A stretch of 62,946 bases of DNA, the filler included, from Octopus bimaculoides (Eukaryota), in the NCBI RefSeq assembly GCF_001194135.2. It is 5 parts of 3 records of this genome, joined end to end, with 100 filler letters (N's around TTAATTAATTAA, not from the genome) between each part and the next. Parts side by side here need not be neighbours in the genome. Positions count along the whole stretch, not along the records: positions 48,328 to 58,183 come from NC_068981.1; positions 58,284 to 62,946 come from NC_068985.1; 3 more parts are not named here. One strand, 5' to 3'. The position numbers were made by a program, and so were the translations under genes. Numbering within the stretch: position 1 is the stretch's first letter; every line of letters begins with the position of its first letter. The notes beneath the pieces were generated by a model. The model did not search any database. It saw only the letters and a program-made list of their open reading frames with translations, and had not been told where the DNA came from. Below are positions 50,479 to 62,946 of this stretch, one piece after another.

Positions 50479-52289
50479 NNNNNNNNNNNNNNNNNNNNNN
50501 NNNNNNNNNNNNNNNNNNNNNNNNNNNNNNNNNNNNNNNNNNNNNNNNNNNNNNNNNNNNNNNNNNNNNNNNNNNNNNNNNNNNNNNNNNNNNNNNNNNN
50601 NNNNNNNNNNNNNNNNNNNNNNNNNNNNNNNNNNNNNNNNNNNNNNNNNTGTGTGTGTGTGTGTGTGTGTGTACATACATTTTAGCTCTTATTTCCCGCA
50701 ATATAGGTGATTTTAACACACCAGTCACATTTAGTAATGATCATAATTCAACTTTTTGGTGCAACATTGCAACCTGCTGTTTACATTAATTTTGTGTATA
50801 TGCATTAGCGAATCACTAACTTACCCACTCGTTTGGATGACGAAAACATATATACTAGTAGAGAAACAAGCCCAGCAATAGCCGAACACCGAGCTGGCTT
50901 AACCGATCTCGGTAAAGGGAATTGCGTGTACGTCTTAAGAATTCTTGGGACAATTGTTAGTATATATGTTTTAATTCATATGCGTTACCTATAGCATTAG
51001 AGCATCTTAACTTTTATTTCTAGCAATGCAAGTGATATTCAACTCCCTAGTCACATTTAGCTTTAATCATAATTATCTTACATTTTGAAACGTTGTAACC
51101 TGCTGTTAACATTCATGAGTTGTTAATATAATTTCCATCCATATAAGATTTATTAATTTAACCATATGCCAATTAAGTAAAGCTGTATATGAAACGTTGG
51201 GGCGTATTTGTGTTTCAGCAGAGTGTGTGAACATCATCAAGACTTTATGCTCAGATCACCATTGAGTGGATGATAAGAAATGCAGCATCTCAGAAGCAGA
51301 TCCTTCCCCTACCATGGCACAGTAATCTGTATTATAGGTTTCAAACCGGCGACTTTGACATTGTCTCTTGTATCATCGTTATCTTCACTGCCATAGATAA
51401 TGTCTCTAATATTATATTTCTTACTAGAGTTGTTTTTAACGATCTGATTTGTATTAGTCTTCCAATTTTATTAGTGCTACTGTCAATAGTTTCTCTTCTT
51501 ATTATTTTACGTCTTTCTCTTCATCCTATTACATTCACGTATTTGTTATTAATATTATTTGAAGGTGGAGAGGGAATTGCCCTCCTCGTGTGACTTTCTT
51601 GAAAGGTGGATGAAAGTTGCGAAAATGGATTGAGTGGATCGTACCTCTTTAAGTGTTCATCTGTGAGTCGTTGAAAAGGGGTTGGAGAGGGTATTTGCCC
51701 TTGGTGTTCAAGATCTTGGACAGAGGGTTTCCTCGATTATTATCACTAAGGGCTATCCTGTATCAGGAGGGCTATATCTATATTATCCCCACTTTTTTGA
51801 AACCTTGTATACATTTGGGAAACGCTTCCGTTTGAATGATCACTATGGCGTGCTGCAATTAAGAGGAGCTGTAGGACATTTGAACAATTTCAACACGCAA
51901 AGATATAGCAAGCAATTCGAAAGCTGTAGCAACTGATTGGGGATTTTAAGGGAGGGTTAATGTGCCTTCAATGTAACTGCCAATATACTTATCAAAATTT
52001 GGATTAGTTAGTTATGAAAAATCATATGTGGGAGAATAAAATCAAGAGTCATACAGGAATATACTCCCTCCTAGACCAAAGCATGGCATGTATCTAATTT
52101 TAAAAAGGTTTGTATGTCGATCTGCCGAGGCCTGAAGGATCACATAAATGTTGACAAAAATATAGCTTCAGTCGCTATCCTGTCACAGGTTTGGCATATT
52201 TGCAAGAATATATACAAATGAAAAACTAGGCTCATGAAACATTTGCATTTACAAGGTATATCTTGACTCTAATAATTCTTTGAATTTTT

Positions 52290-52465
52290 AGCAGAAAGCA
52301 AAAATATTTTAAAGTGGTGTGGATCGGTCTATTACATCACCCGTAGTATGCGACTGATACACCAGATCACCGATCTCGAAAGCATGAAATCCAATATTGA
52401 TCTCGGCGATATTGATCTCAAAATGGAAAGAGTCGGATTCAATGCAGCTCAGTATTTTGCCCAGC
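52290..52465 (-). mobile_element. Old, degenerate SINE family A-like copy
   Basis: cgatctcgaaagcatgaaa...gatctcggcgatattgatctcaaaa...cagtattttgcccagcta resembles the family A reverse complement. Confidence 0.5.
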
Positions 52466-53737
52466 TAATAATAAAATATATAATTACATGCATATTTAAC
52501 GCAGTGAGATATAATTTGCCCATGTGAACTGCTCATTGATAATACGAGACTATAGCATGTATCAATATCATGATTTATAGTGGAATGTCCTATTTGCAAT
52601 TTACACATTGGAAACATTCTTTCATACTTGAACTGAATAACACTAACTTACGCAGATTCCTATTAATCAGATATATGATGCAAGGCTGTGCGTACGTGCG
52701 TTTGGCTTCGGACATGATACATTGCTAGTGGCATTGTACATCTAGTCGACATTTTATGACCAATGACAAATTCCTGTTGACTAGTTAACATTGTGAATTC
52801 CATAAATTGTCTTCTACGAAATGCCTGCCAAACAGAAGATTAGCTTGTTCTATTCTAAACAAAGATAATCTAATGATAAAGTAAGTTAAGGTTAGCAGAA
52901 CATACAATGTATTTGAAACTTTCTGATATTACGACTGCAACATTAAAGCATTAAATTTCCTTTTGTAGATATTCGAATTTTGACATCATGTTTAAAGCAA
53001 TGACAATGAGAATTTTTACTTTTCTCTTTTGAATACATTAAGGCAGTGCTGTAAAAATAACTGATGCTTTCTTCCACAAAGTAGCTGAAAGTGGGAAATA
53101 TCTTAGAAGAGTTAGGTTTATTGAGTCAAATCGACATAATTTTCGTTATGAAGACGAGAATATATTCAATTTCTGTCCGTAGATTCGAAATTTAAACAAA
53201 TCTTCACTCAAGAAATAACTCTCTAGAACAATTTTTTTGAATAAAGTTTAGGTTAAAATAACATTTACTAAGAAGTTTGTCGAAAATATCAAATTCTCCG
53301 AATATTTCATAGAGATTGGGATCTTAAAGCGAAATGCTAAAACACTGTTAAACTACAGATCCTCATCTCGTATTGTTTCTTAAAACTTGCACAGTTCTAG
53401 CTTTAAAATGCGTGGACATTCATCTTTGAGCTTCTCTGCATGTAATATCTTCTCTACCCTGAATAAGGAGACTCGTCTCATCCAATGTTAATTGCATCCA
53501 TGCAACCACATATTGTGATGAGCTAAATCTACAAACATTATTACACTAATCTTCCCCCTCCCCCTTCACTTTTTTCTGTCATTTCTATTCTGTATAAGTT
53601 ATACCTATTAATATATCTATATATTTATACACCTGAAAGTTTTCATCTTTTGCATTCTCTCGTTTATGATGTATACACACACGCACACACAAATACACAC
53701 ACACACACACACACACATACACACACAGACACACACA

Positions 53738-53782
<45 letters not shown>

Positions 53783-54529
53783 NNNNNNNNNNNNNNNNNN
53801 NNNNNNNNNNNNNNTATATATATATATATATATTGTGTGTGCGTGCGTGTGTGTGTATAAGTAAATTTCAAAATGTTTAAGAGCGACACATAATCCTAAC
53901 GGATACCCTGTTCGCTCTTATCGGATATCAATGCTGGATAACCACATTGAATATAGATAAACTCCACTTAGTTAAAATGTATTATACTCGGTTAATCATC
54001 ACTTGGTAAATTCAGTTGTCCTTATAAGGTTTCAATTGTGGCTGTAGGTAAAAATCATGAAATTAAGATCAGAAGAGAGATTTGCATATCCAAATTTTCT
54101 TTTACAGTTAATCACATCTTTCTTCGTCAAAACCTTCGCACGTTTCCGCTGCAAGACGTAGGAACTTTTTAATGTGCATCTTTGTGTTAATTATCGATGT
54201 AACTTCATCAAGGTCTACTTTAACAGTTGGTCGAATATCATCTGTAGAGAGTATGAGCTTAACCAAAATTATTCTTTAATTTGGTAATACTGCTACTGAA
54301 AATAGTCATATATTTCGTGAGCATTATATTACATTGGCCAATGTGGACTTTATTGATATCTTTTGTCTTAAAGTATGTCAATGCTCAAGAATTATCTTAT
54401 GGTTCGTAATTCATATTCTACCTTAACATTCCACCCAGATGGAATAGTATTCTTATTTTTTTCAAATGTGGACGTATATCAATTATGATGTATTGCTATA
54501 GAGTTGCTCCCAACAAATAATTTAAATTC

Positions 54530-54554
54530 ATATAATAATAATAATAATAATAAT

Positions 54555-54607
<53 letters not shown>

Positions 54608-54710
54608 TAATAATAATAATAATCATAATAATAATAATAATAATAATAATGATAATAATAATAATAATCATAATAATAATAATAATAATAATAATGATAA
54701 TAATGATAAC
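54530..54710 (+). repeat. (AAT)n microsatellite, host site of the Dong insertion
   Basis: About 180 bp of imperfect AAT. Confidence 0.95.
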
Positions 54711-54721
54711 GATCACCTTTA

Positions 54722-56385
54722 ACTGAATTGCTAAATAGAACTGGATGAGGTTACAAATGCTACGGGAAAACAGTCAGTCACCTTTTATACATGTATGACC
54801 TAAAATTATACGCTAAAAATGACAAAGAGCTAGAAACACTACTACAGACAGTACATGGCTTTACCAAGGAAATAGATATGAAATTCGGATTAGAAAAATG
54901 TGCCAAAGCAACCCTGAAAAGACGAAAATTAGTTAAAAGTGGCAATATAACACTAGATAACGCCAATGAAATAAGAGAACTAGACGAAAGCCAACCATAC
55001 AAATATTTAGGAGTCAATGAACTAGATAGAATACAACACACACAAATGAAAGAAAAAATAAAGAAAGAGTATTATAGACGAGTTAGATCAATACTAAAAA
55101 CAGAGCTCAATGCTAAAAACAAGATAATGGGTATCAACACTTTAACGGTCTCAGTTATAAGCTACAGCTACAACNNNNNNNNNNNNNNNNNNNNNNNNNN
55201 NNNNNNNNNNNNNNNNNNNNNNNNNNNNNNNNNNNNNNNNNNNNNNNNNNNNNNNNNNNNNNNNNNNNNNNNNNNNNNNNNNNNNNNNNNNNNNNNNNNN
55301 NNNNNNNNNNNNNNNNNNNNNNNNNNNNNNNNNNNNNNNNNNNNNNNNNNNNNNNNNNNNNNNNNNNNNNNNNNNNNNNNNNNNNNNNNNNNNNNNNNNN
55401 NNNNNNNNNNNNNNNNNNNNNNNNNNNNNNNNNNNNNNNNNNNNNNNNNNNNNNNNNNNNNNNNNNNNNNNNNNNNNNNNNNNNNNNNNNNNNNNNNNNN
55501 NNNNNNNNNNNNNNNNNNNNNNNNNNNNNNNNNNNNNNNNNNNNNNNNNNNNNNNNNNNNNNNNNNNNNNNNNNNNNNNNNNNNNNNNNNNNNNNNNNNN
55601 NNNNNNNNNNNNNNNNNNNNNNNNNNNNNNNNNNNNNNNNNNNNNNCCAAAGCCTCCCAACCAGAAATTACCAAAAACATATAAGGAAAAGAAACATAAC
55701 AAGTAACTGTAGAATATGTGGAGATGGACAAGAAACAATAAATCATATTATATCTGGCTGCCAAGTCCTGGCTAAGAAGGAATATATTCACAGACACGAC
55801 AGAGCTGGGACCTATATACACTGGAAGCTATGCCAACACTATGGAATAACAACAGAAAAAAGATGGTATAAGCACACGCCAGAAAAGGTCACAGAAAACG
55901 AGAAAGCAACCATACTCCGGGATATGCCAATACACACAGATAGAGAAATTAAGGCAAATAGACCAGATATAGTTGTCAAAGGTCATGATGAAAAAAAGTG
56001 CTTTCTAATTGATGTATCAATACCAGGAGATGACACCGTTTCTCTAAAAGAAATGGAAAAACTTTCAAAATACAAAGACATGGAAATAGAGGTAACTCGA
56101 ATGTTGAATCTAAAAACAGAAACAATTCCTATCATAATAGGTGCCTTAGGTATAATAAAAACATATTCAGACAAATACATAACAAAAACACCAGGACTTA
56201 CAAATATATATAACATACAGAAAATTGCACTACTGAACACTGCACACATACTACGCAAAACACTTTCAATATAGTAACCATAAGATCACCACAGCAAACC
56301 ACAGCACATACCCAAGGCGCACAGAGCTGCCCTCGGTAGTGAAGTGAAAGCACGTTATAAAAATAAAACTACTGAACAATAATAA
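54722..56385 (+). mobile_element. R4/Dong-clade LINE, 5'-truncated, with RT C-terminal part, CCHC region and restriction-like endonuclease; inserted in (TAA)n
   Basis: HLLYMYDLKLY (YMDD decayed), RPDIVVK...FLIDVSIP...EKLSKYKD (PD-(D/E)xK type), IPIIIGALG; (AAT)n on both sides. Confidence 0.92.
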
Positions 56386-56444
56386 TAATAAAATAATAAT
56401 GATGATGATGATGATAACTCTACGGTAAAACAATCATCCACCAT

Positions 56445-57185
56445 TTATGTATGGATGATCTATGATAAACAGCTGGAAACGTTACTGCAGAGAGTACAAT
56501 GATTTACCAAAGTAATAAATATGAAATTTGGCTGAGGAAAATGTGCCAAATCAACCTTGAAAGGAGAAAAACAAGTTATGAATAGCAAATGATATAAGAT
56601 AATTAGATCAAAGCCAGGCATACCAATACTTACGAATGAATGAACTAGATATGATACAATGCACACAAATCAAAGAATATGTGAAGATAGAGAAGAAACA
56701 ATAAATCATTTTGTCATTGGCTGCCCAGTCTTGGCTAAGAAGGAATATGTTCACAGACACGACGGACTTCGGTCCTATATACACTGCAAGTTATGCCAAC
56801 ACTATGGAATAACAAAAGAGAAAGGATAGTATAGGCACACGCCAGAGAAGGTCACAGGAAATGAGAAAGCAACAATACCCTGGTTGTAACCATAAACAGA
56901 TAGAGAAATTAAGACCAATATGCCGGACATAGTTTTCAGAGATCACCAAGAAAATAAAATGCAACAATACCAAAAGATGACAATGTCTCTCTCTAAATGA
57001 AACGGAAAAACTTTCAAAAAAAATAAAAACCTGATGGCATGCACTACTTTCTCACTCAATAACAACAGCAACAACAACAACAACCACAACAACAACAACA
57101 CCAACAACAACAATAACAATAATGTTTCTCAAAAAGAAACGGAGAAATTTTCAAAATACAAAAATTTGTGGAAATAGAGGTAAAT
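56445..57185 (+). mobile_element. Older, internally deleted R4/Dong copy in tandem, interrupted by a short foreign tail and (CAA)n
   Basis: CMDDL...KFG...ICEDREETINHFVIGCPVLAKKEYVHRHD...PDIVF, and VSQKETEKFSKYK resuming after the (CAA)n. Confidence 0.8.
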
Positions 57186-57199
57186 CGAAAGAAAAAAAA

Positions 57200-58183
57200 C
57201 ACACACACATAAATACAAGCAATCCTAACAATCTCAACAAACACTCACAGACACACACATACATGCATACATACACACACACAAGCACGCACACGCACAC
57301 ACAATAACGCACACCACTCCGACAAATACAAGACACATAGACACACTTACACAAACACACACTGCACAAACAATACAAATAAAACACCCACAATAATACT
57401 CCTAAACATATGCACGCGCCACACAGAAACAATAACATACACACACGCTTTCACACGGACACACACACACACTTCGCCACAACCGATATAGCACACACAC
57501 ATATCCACACACACCCGAAAACTACATAAACCACACCCACACGTACACACACACAAACGAATACTCAGTAAAAAAATATGCAAAGTACGTACACGCACGC
57601 ACATATACACCACTCGAATAAATATCACACACGTGGACACACACAGAACCCCTGGCAAATAAAACACACACACATACATTTGCACCCTCACACACATATG
57701 GATGCACACAAACACCACCCGGACAATTATAACACTAGAAACCTACACAGACAGAGACACACACATACTCACGTACACGCACATAACATGCCCACCAACA
57801 CAACACACACAAGCATACACACGCACGCACACTCACACACATGCACTCACACGAACAAGCATATACACGAACAAGCACATACAGACAAACACATACACAC
57901 ACAGCACCCTGACAAACACAAATCGCACACATATACAGACACAAACGCACACAGAAATACGCGCACAACCCTGCTTAATATAACACAGACACATACACTG
58001 ACCCTTATACGCCCCACACTGAACTCTAAGTCCAGTAAAAAAAAAAAAAAACACACACACGAACACAAACACATGTATATATACACACATAGAAACTTCA
58101 CAGACACACACGCACAAATTCATACCATCTTGAACTCTAAGACCACTCCCAAAACCACTGAACCATGACAGACTAGCCCAGCA
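57200..58183 (+). repeat. Long degenerate (CA)-rich low-complexity tract
   Basis: About 1 kb of cryptic ACAC repeat; similar tracts at 9010-9290 and 41500-41990. Confidence 0.85.
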
Positions 58184-58864
58184 NNNNNNNNNNNNNNNNN
58201 NNNNNNNNNNNNNNNNNNNNNNNNNNNTTAATTAATTAANNNNNNNNNNNNNNNNNNNNNNNNNNNNNNNNNNNNNNNNNNNNACATGTATATACATGTG
58301 TGTATGTGTACACATATATATAGACATATATATTCATTTATGTACATATATATATATATGTATATACATATATACATACGTACAAACATATATACACACA
58401 CACATGTTTACGTGCCATTGTGTGTGTGTGTGTGTGTGTGTGCGGGCGCGCGCGCTCATATATGGTGAAGCCGTGACGGCCAGGGAAAAAGCCACGTTTT
58501 CTTATGTTTCTTTTATGACACAAGAGAAGTTCTGGCAGAATGAGGGAAGAGTAGTGGTTTATGCTGTAACAAAATCATGATCTTCCCTATTTTAAAACTA
58601 TTTTAATGCATTTTACACGAAGAAAAGAAATACACACACACATTCACACATACACGCATATATGTATGTCTGTATGATTGTATGTATCTATATGTGTTTC
58701 GTTGTTACGTAATATAAAAATGTCAAATTAATGTAGTCGTGATCATGAATGATAATGATCCAATTTGAGTGAGTATGCGAGTAATGTTTCAGTGTGAATG
58801 TGTTATGTAGTGATGAAGCATTTCAAACTATAATACAATATAGCAGTCAAATACTGAGGACGAT

Positions 58865-59570
58865 TTAATGGGCTTTGGCCCTCCCGTCAAAACTCTGTGG
58901 CCACGTGCTATTGGTAGATATCCTTATTTTTTTCTCGTGGTGGCCGCTGTCGTCGTCGTCGTCGTCGTGCTTGGTGGTGGTGGTGGTGGTGGTGGCGGCG
59001 AATGCGGCGGCGGTNNNNNNNNNNNNNNNNNNNNNNNNNNNNNNNNNNNNNNNNNNNNNNNNNNNNNNNNNNNNNNNNNNNNNNNNNNNNNNNNNNNNNN
59101 NNNNNNNNNNNNNNNNNNNNNNNNNNNNNNNNNNNNNNNNNNNNNNNNNNNNNNNNNNNNNNNNNNNNNNNNNNNNNNNNNNNNNNNNNNNNNNNNNNNN
59201 NNNNNNNNNNNNNNNNNNNNNNNNNNNNNNNNNNNNNNNNNNNNNNNNNNNNNNNNNNNNNNNNNNNNNNNNNNNNNNNNNNNNNNNNNNNNNNNNNNNN
59301 NNNNNNNNNNNNNNNNNNNNNNNNNNNNNNNNNNNNNNNNNNNNNNNNNNNNNNNNNNNNNNNNNNNNNNNNNNNNNNNNNNNNNNNNNNNNNNNNNNNN
59401 NNNNNNNNNNNNNNNNNNNNNNNNNNNNNNNNNNNNNNNNNNNNNNNNNNNNNNNNNNNNNNNNNNNNNNNNNNNNNNNNNNNNNNNNNNNNNNNNNNNN
59501 NNNNNNNNNNNNNNNAGCGGCGGCGACTGCATTCTTATTTTGTTCGAGTTTCCTTCTGATCGGAGTAGAC
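58865..59570 (-). CDS. Possible terminal coding exon of an unidentified gene
   Basis: Acceptor gcttttgtttgcAG at 59572/59571, then STPIRRKLEQNKNAVAAA[gap]TAAAFAATTTTTTTKHDDDDDDSGHHEKKIRISTNSTWPQSFDGRAKAH*. GC-rich trinucleotide island; no recognisable domain; frame across the gap unverifiable. Confidence 0.3.
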
Positions 59571-60047
59571 CTGCAAACAAAAGCTCTCCAACCGCTGCCA
59601 GCATGTTGTGATTCCAGACGCAATGTTTCAAAAGCAACGTATTACAATGGATCGCTATTTATTCTAAAAGCAATCGGGGTGCATTTCGAGGAAGACCTTG
59701 CTGCTACTTTCAACATATCGGAAGACCACATAGACGGCCGATTCGCGAAGAGGCATCAGAACCAACCATGAAGTACCTATCTGTATGAACAAGTAGCTAA
59801 ATTTCTGCAGACATACCCGACTGTTAATAAAAAAACATTAAGTGTCTCATTTACAAATAGACGGGATGTTCCTGGTTGGAGCATGTTTGCTGATATGTCT
59901 AGTGGTGGACACGAGCTATACAACAACAACAACAACAACAACCGCAGTGATATCTCTTTGCTGGCTGTACAGTTTTCTCATTACGTCTCTCTTTGCTCTC
60001 CTGTTCGTTGCTGTAATTGTTGTTGTGGTAGTTGTCGCTGCTGCTGC

Positions 60048-60085
<38 letters not shown>

Positions 60086-60207
60086 GTTACAGTTATTTAT
60101 CCTGACGTCAGATCTGTGTGAGTAAAGCTAGGATCAGACATTTTCCAGCCATAACCAGCTCGTCTTCGTTATCATTCTTAACGTTTCCGTATCTATATAC
60201 TATTCAC

Positions 60208-60406
60208 TTGAGGAGGCGCAATGGCCCAGTGGTTAGGGCAGCGGACTCGCGGTCATAGGGTCGCGGTTTCGATCCCCAGACCGGGCGTTGTGAGTGTTTA
60301 TTGAGCGAAAACACCTAAAAGCTCCACGAGGCTCCAGCAGGGGATGGTGGCGAACCCTGCTGCACTCTTTCACCACAACTTTCTCTCACTCTTACTTCCT
60401 GCTTCT
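60208..60406 (+). mobile_element. tRNA-derived SINE family C, 5' part (runs into N gap)
   Basis: ggaggcgcaaTGGCCCAGTGGttagggcagcggactcgcggtc...GGTTTCGATCCCCagacc: A and B boxes followed by a non-tRNA body, so a SINE and not a tRNA gene. Confidence 0.75.
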
Positions 60407-61184
60407 NNNNNNNNNNNNNNNNNNNNNNNNNNNNNNNNNNNNNNNNNNNNNNNNNNNNNNNNNNNNNNNNNNNNNNNNNNNNNNNNNNNNNNNNNNNNNN
60501 NNNNNNNNNNNNNNNNNNNNNNNNNNNNNNNNNNNNNNNNNNNNNNNNNNNNNNNNNNNNNNNNNNNNNNNNNNNNNNNNNNNNNNNNNNNNNNNNNNNN
60601 NNNNNNNNNNNNNNNNNNNNNNNNNNNNNNNNNNNNNNNNNNNNNNNNNNNNNNNNNNNNNNNNNNNNNNNNNNNNNNNNNNNNNNNNNNNNNNNNNNNN
60701 NNNNNNNNNNNNNNNNNNNNNNNNNNNNNNNNNNNNNNNNNNNNNNNNNNNNNNNNNNNNNNNNNNNNNNNNNNNNNNNNNNNNNNNNNNNNNNNNNNNN
60801 NNNNNNNNNNNNNNNNNNNNNNNNNNNNNNNNNNNNNNNNNNNNNNNNNNNNNNNNNNNNNNNNNNNNNNNNNNNNNNNNNNNNNNNNNNNNNNNNNNNN
60901 NNNNNNNNNNNNNNNNNNNNNNNNNNNNNNNNNNNNNNNNNNNNNNNNNNNNNNNNNNNNNNNNNNNNNNNNNNNNNNNNNNNNNNNNTCTCAAAAGCGG
61001 GGCAAAATGAGTAATGACTAATTGCAATAATTCATATTTTATGGCTGAATGGTGTGTGTATATATGAAAAAGAGAGCCACCCCAGCAGATCGTGAAAAAT
61101 CAATAGAGAATATTCTATGTGGCGCTTTAAATCAAGTCGTGTGTCGTTAATTTCATTTCATGTGCTATCTTTGTACGACTCTCT

Positions 61185-61596
61185 TTCATTTACTCTTTTA
61201 CTTTTTTACTTGTTTTAGTCATTTGACTGCGGCCATGCTGGAGCACCGCCTTTATAGTCGAGCAAATCGACCCCAAAGCTTATTCTTTGTAAGCCTAGTA
61301 CTTATTCTATCGGTGTCTTTTATCGAACCGCTAAGTTACGCGACGTAAACACATCAACATCGGTTGACAAGCGATGCTGGGGGGACAAAAAGACACACAA
61401 ACACACACATACATATATATATATACATATATACGACAGGCTTCTTCCAGTTTCCGTCTACCAAATCCACTCACAAGGCTTTGGTCGGCCCGAGGCTATA
61501 GTAGAAGACACTTGCCCAAGGTACCACGCAGTGGGAATGAACCCGAAACCATGTGGTTCGTAAGCGAACTACTTACCACACAGCCACTCCTGCGCT
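61185..61596 (-). mobile_element. SINE family B, full length
   Basis: Consensus match over its whole length. Confidence 0.9.
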
Positions 61597-62549
61597 TATT
61601 TGTAAAAAAAAAATTTTTTTTTTTTTTAAAGTAAGAAATGCAGTAAATATTATTCATTGTGCACTTCCTATAATATTAAACGACGAAGTATGTTTTGAGA
61701 GAAATTTGTCTGCTATTTCTTGAGATACCCTTGTTGACTCTGTTACTATTGTTTTTGTTGTTGCTTTGTTTTGTTCGTTTAATGCCAGATCAGTCAGGAC
61801 TAAGCACATCCATGAGGAAATCCGTGATCAAACTTGTCTTTGTTTAAGGATTAATATTATCTGGATCACCCACATACGCCCTTCACAATTTTTAAGACAC
61901 TGCAGGGTATGATATGAGGGATATTTAGCTGTTATTTCTATTAGGTTGAGCATCTATGTAGAGCCCCTGCTATTTCGGTCGCTGCCCAGCTATTGCTACT
62001 GGTGGCGTTCTTGTTAGAAGAAAGACGACCGTCTATTTCTATGGCGATATCAATGGCGGCGACAGTTTTATTGGGAGTCGATATAAAAGAGGAAGTCATA
62101 AAAAAAATGAACAAATAAAAAATAGAAAATAAAAAAGAATAATTAAATAAAATGTCATTAAATTCTGATTATAAATGTTTGAATAATTCAAAGTTGATCA
62201 GGGTATGCTAATCGTAATAAGAACGGAGAAATAAATGAATTATAAACGAAAATACATAGAAATGAGAGTGAAAGAGAAAGCGAGGTTAAAGTTAAACGAT
62301 TAAGAATGACTAGGTAAGGAATAAACAGACATCGAGAAGGGAATGAAAACGTAGAGATGGGAGAGCTGAGATAGAAAGAGAGAGAGAGAGAGAGATTGAG
62401 AGAGGTGGGTTGTGATTAAATGATAAAGAAAGAAATGGGTGTTATTCCGCTTCTTGGGAGGGTGTCACCGTGACGGAAAATCAATCTACTTCAAGAAGGA
62501 GTTAATGTTAAAAGATGTTAAGATATGATGGTAATCGCGGAAGCGTGTG

Positions 62550-62580
<31 letters not shown>

Positions 62581-62744
62581 TCATGTATACACAAACACAG
62601 CTACAAGCATTCAGATACAAATATACAAACATACATACAATGTTTATGTGTGTGTGTATCTATCTATCTATCTATCTATCTACCTATCTATCATTCTATC
62701 TGTGTGTGTATGTGTGTGTGGATATATATATATATATATATATA

Positions 62745-62946
62745 TATTCGCCATGATAGATCACTGACCACTACACACTTTTTTTTTCTCTCCTTGTTTC
62801 TTTCTGTGTTCATTTTTGTGGAAGAGCGTAGGCTCGAAACGTTAAAGACTTTTTCAATTCCCGAGCGTTATACTAACACATCTGTTTGTTTTCTACACCA
62901 CCTATCTTCGTCTGTCGTTTTTTTTTGTTGTGAATTCTCCATATAT
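62745..62946 (+). mobile_element. Repeat family E (Penelope terminal-repeat-like) with hammerhead-like motif at about 62812-62849
   Basis: ttt TTGTGGA A GAGC-GTAG-GCTC GAAAC GTT AAAG; bounded by (TA)n on both sides. Confidence 0.6.

Noticed and set aside
60208-60290. Apparent tRNA genes (also 9340-9405 and the SINE A/B heads)
   Set aside because: A and B boxes are present but no complete cloverleaf, and each continues into a repeat body; these are SINE heads.
30298-62767. Many long ORFs made of X, HT, CV, YI, N or I runs
   Set aside because: Translations of N gaps and of (CA)n, (TA)n, (TATG)n and (AAT)n repeats; no coding evidence.
1-62946. CRISPR arrays, rRNA genes, or the vertebrate PRDM13 neighbour CCNC
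   Set aside because: No repeat-spacer array, rRNA-like sequence or cyclin C peptide was seen.

Overview
AT-rich, microsatellite-dense, gapped eukaryotic draft sequence; the SINE/LINE content suggests an octopus (inference). One well-supported protein-coding gene lies on the minus strand, a PRDM13 orthologue: coding exons about 40374-40000, 29731-29482 and 28289-27037, about 625 aa, with a PR/SET domain split by a 10.3 kb intron, one C2HC finger and three C2H2 fingers. The true 5' end is uncertain. The rest is mostly mobile DNA: at least three tRNA-derived SINE families, decayed R4/Dong, RTE and CR1-like LINEs, two Tc1/mariner relics, a probable Merlin-type MITE nested in a SINE, and a non-autonomous Helentron-like element. 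The most striking unexplained signal is six small hammerhead-ribozyme-like motifs in three microsatellite-embedded repeat families. One family has a CAUGANGA core variant whose stems II and III differ completely between copies yet keep their pairing and a palindromic stem III. Most long ORFs in the ORF track are artefacts of microsatellites and N gaps. All alignments and folds were done by eye; no searches were run.
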